From an uncultured Thermoplasmatales archaeon (GTDB taxonomy: Archaea; Thermoplasmatota; E2; UBA202; DSCA01), in assembly GCA_964530745.1 (NCBI GenBank), contig CAZHBO010000001.1:1-32321 (forward strand): a stretch of 32,321 nucleotides of DNA, given 5' to 3'. The notes below the pieces were generated by a model, which was given only the letters and a program-made list of their open reading frames with translations, was not told where the DNA came from and did not search any database. Numbering within the stretch: position 1 is the first letter of the stretch; each line of letters opens with the position of its first letter. Made by a program: the position numbers and the translations under genes. Positions 32,163 through 32,321 of the stretch are shown here, piece after piece.

Positions 32163-32321
32163 TTATCTTCTTCTGCTAACAATAAGATAAGCAGTTATCA
32201 CTATAAGGACAATCAGCACAATGACAACTAGCATGTAAATCCATGTATTGCTTGCTTTTCCCTCATTTTTAACAGTAACAGTTATTGATTCAATGTTGCT
32301 GTAATCCTTACCATCATATGC
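32163..32321 (-). CDS. C-terminal fragment of a surface protein with a TM anchor and basic tail (5' end lies outside the window)
   Basis: The minus-strand frame reads AYDGKDYSNIESITVTVKNEGKASNTWIYMLVVIVLIVLIVITAYLIVSRRR. The stop TAA is the reverse complement of 32163-32165. The layout is a beta-rich ectodomain end, one hydrophobic helix, then RRR. It is not in the ORF track because it has no start in the window. Confidence 0.45.
   Translation of the reverse strand, partial: AYDGKDYSNIESITVTVKNEGKASNTWIYMLVVIVLIVLIVITAYLIVSRRR

Noticed and set aside
1-32321. Search for tRNA, rRNA, CRISPR arrays, transposases, integrases, toxin-antitoxin or known defence genes.
   Set aside because: All ORF-free stretches (3900-4014, 4225-4486, 4703-4784, 8241-8339, 15856-15976, 19871-19996, 23445-23529, 32092-32162) are AT-rich. 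None has the GC-rich stem pattern of a tRNA, and none contains regularly spaced direct repeats. No ORF shows transposase, integrase or nuclease hallmarks. This was a by-eye scan, so a covariance-model scan would be the decisive check.

Overview
This is a compact, visibly AT-rich archaeal chromosomal segment, and most of it is housekeeping. The archaeal assignment rests on aRF1, Dph2, the exosome superoperon, L37Ae, RpoP, Pcc1, MptE and MfnA. By inference the source is a small-genome euryarchaeote; I cannot name the organism from sequence alone.

Gene order:
- Plus block 1-4702: psmA (3' end), SBDS, rrp4, rrp41, rrp42, rpl37ae, rpoP (46 aa, missing from the ORF track), pcc1, then three small two-TM membrane proteins.
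- Minus block 4785-8240: a cobalamin-type radical SAM enzyme and a secreted C25 (gingipain-like) peptidase with an N-terminal CWB2-like tandem.
- Plus 8340-10841: a secreted NosD-type beta-helix plus Ig-module surface protein.
- Minus 10842-15855: dph2, hpt, mfnA, a transglutaminase-fold protein and a LuxE-like adenylate-forming enzyme.
- Plus 15977-17739: aRF1 and a DUF45/YgjP-like metallopeptidase.
- Minus 17708-19870: a second secreted C25 peptidase with propeptide and PKD domain.
- Plus 19997-21010: a secreted CrtC/AttH-like protein.
- Minus 21007-23444: mptE, the GMP synthase ATP-pyrophosphatase subunit, purE and a membrane protein.
- Plus 23530-26805: an amidohydrolase, a 4xCBS protein and glyS.
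- Minus 26807-28194: birA and a DUF3795 Cys-rich protein.
- Plus 28282-29780: folD and an M50 site-2 protease.
- Minus 29737-32321: the feoA-feoB-dtxR operon and the 3' end of a membrane-anchored surface protein.

I found no rRNA, tRNA, CRISPR array, transposase, integrase or recognisable defence genes.

Several ORF-track starts are TTG or GTG extensions. I moved them to downstream ATGs that have SD or TATA support.

Most interesting items:
1. A tightly coupled LuxE-like adenylate-forming enzyme plus a transglutaminase-fold Cys-His-Asp protein.
2. An archaeal C25 peptidase carrying clostridial-type CWB2-like anchoring repeats, next to an orphan class-B radical SAM.
3. Two related 16-mers bracketing the TATA box of the feoAB-dtxR operon.
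4. A paralogous trio of roughly 70-aa two-TM proteins around the largest noncoding gap in the window.

All family assignments come from motif recognition by eye. None was verified by a database search.
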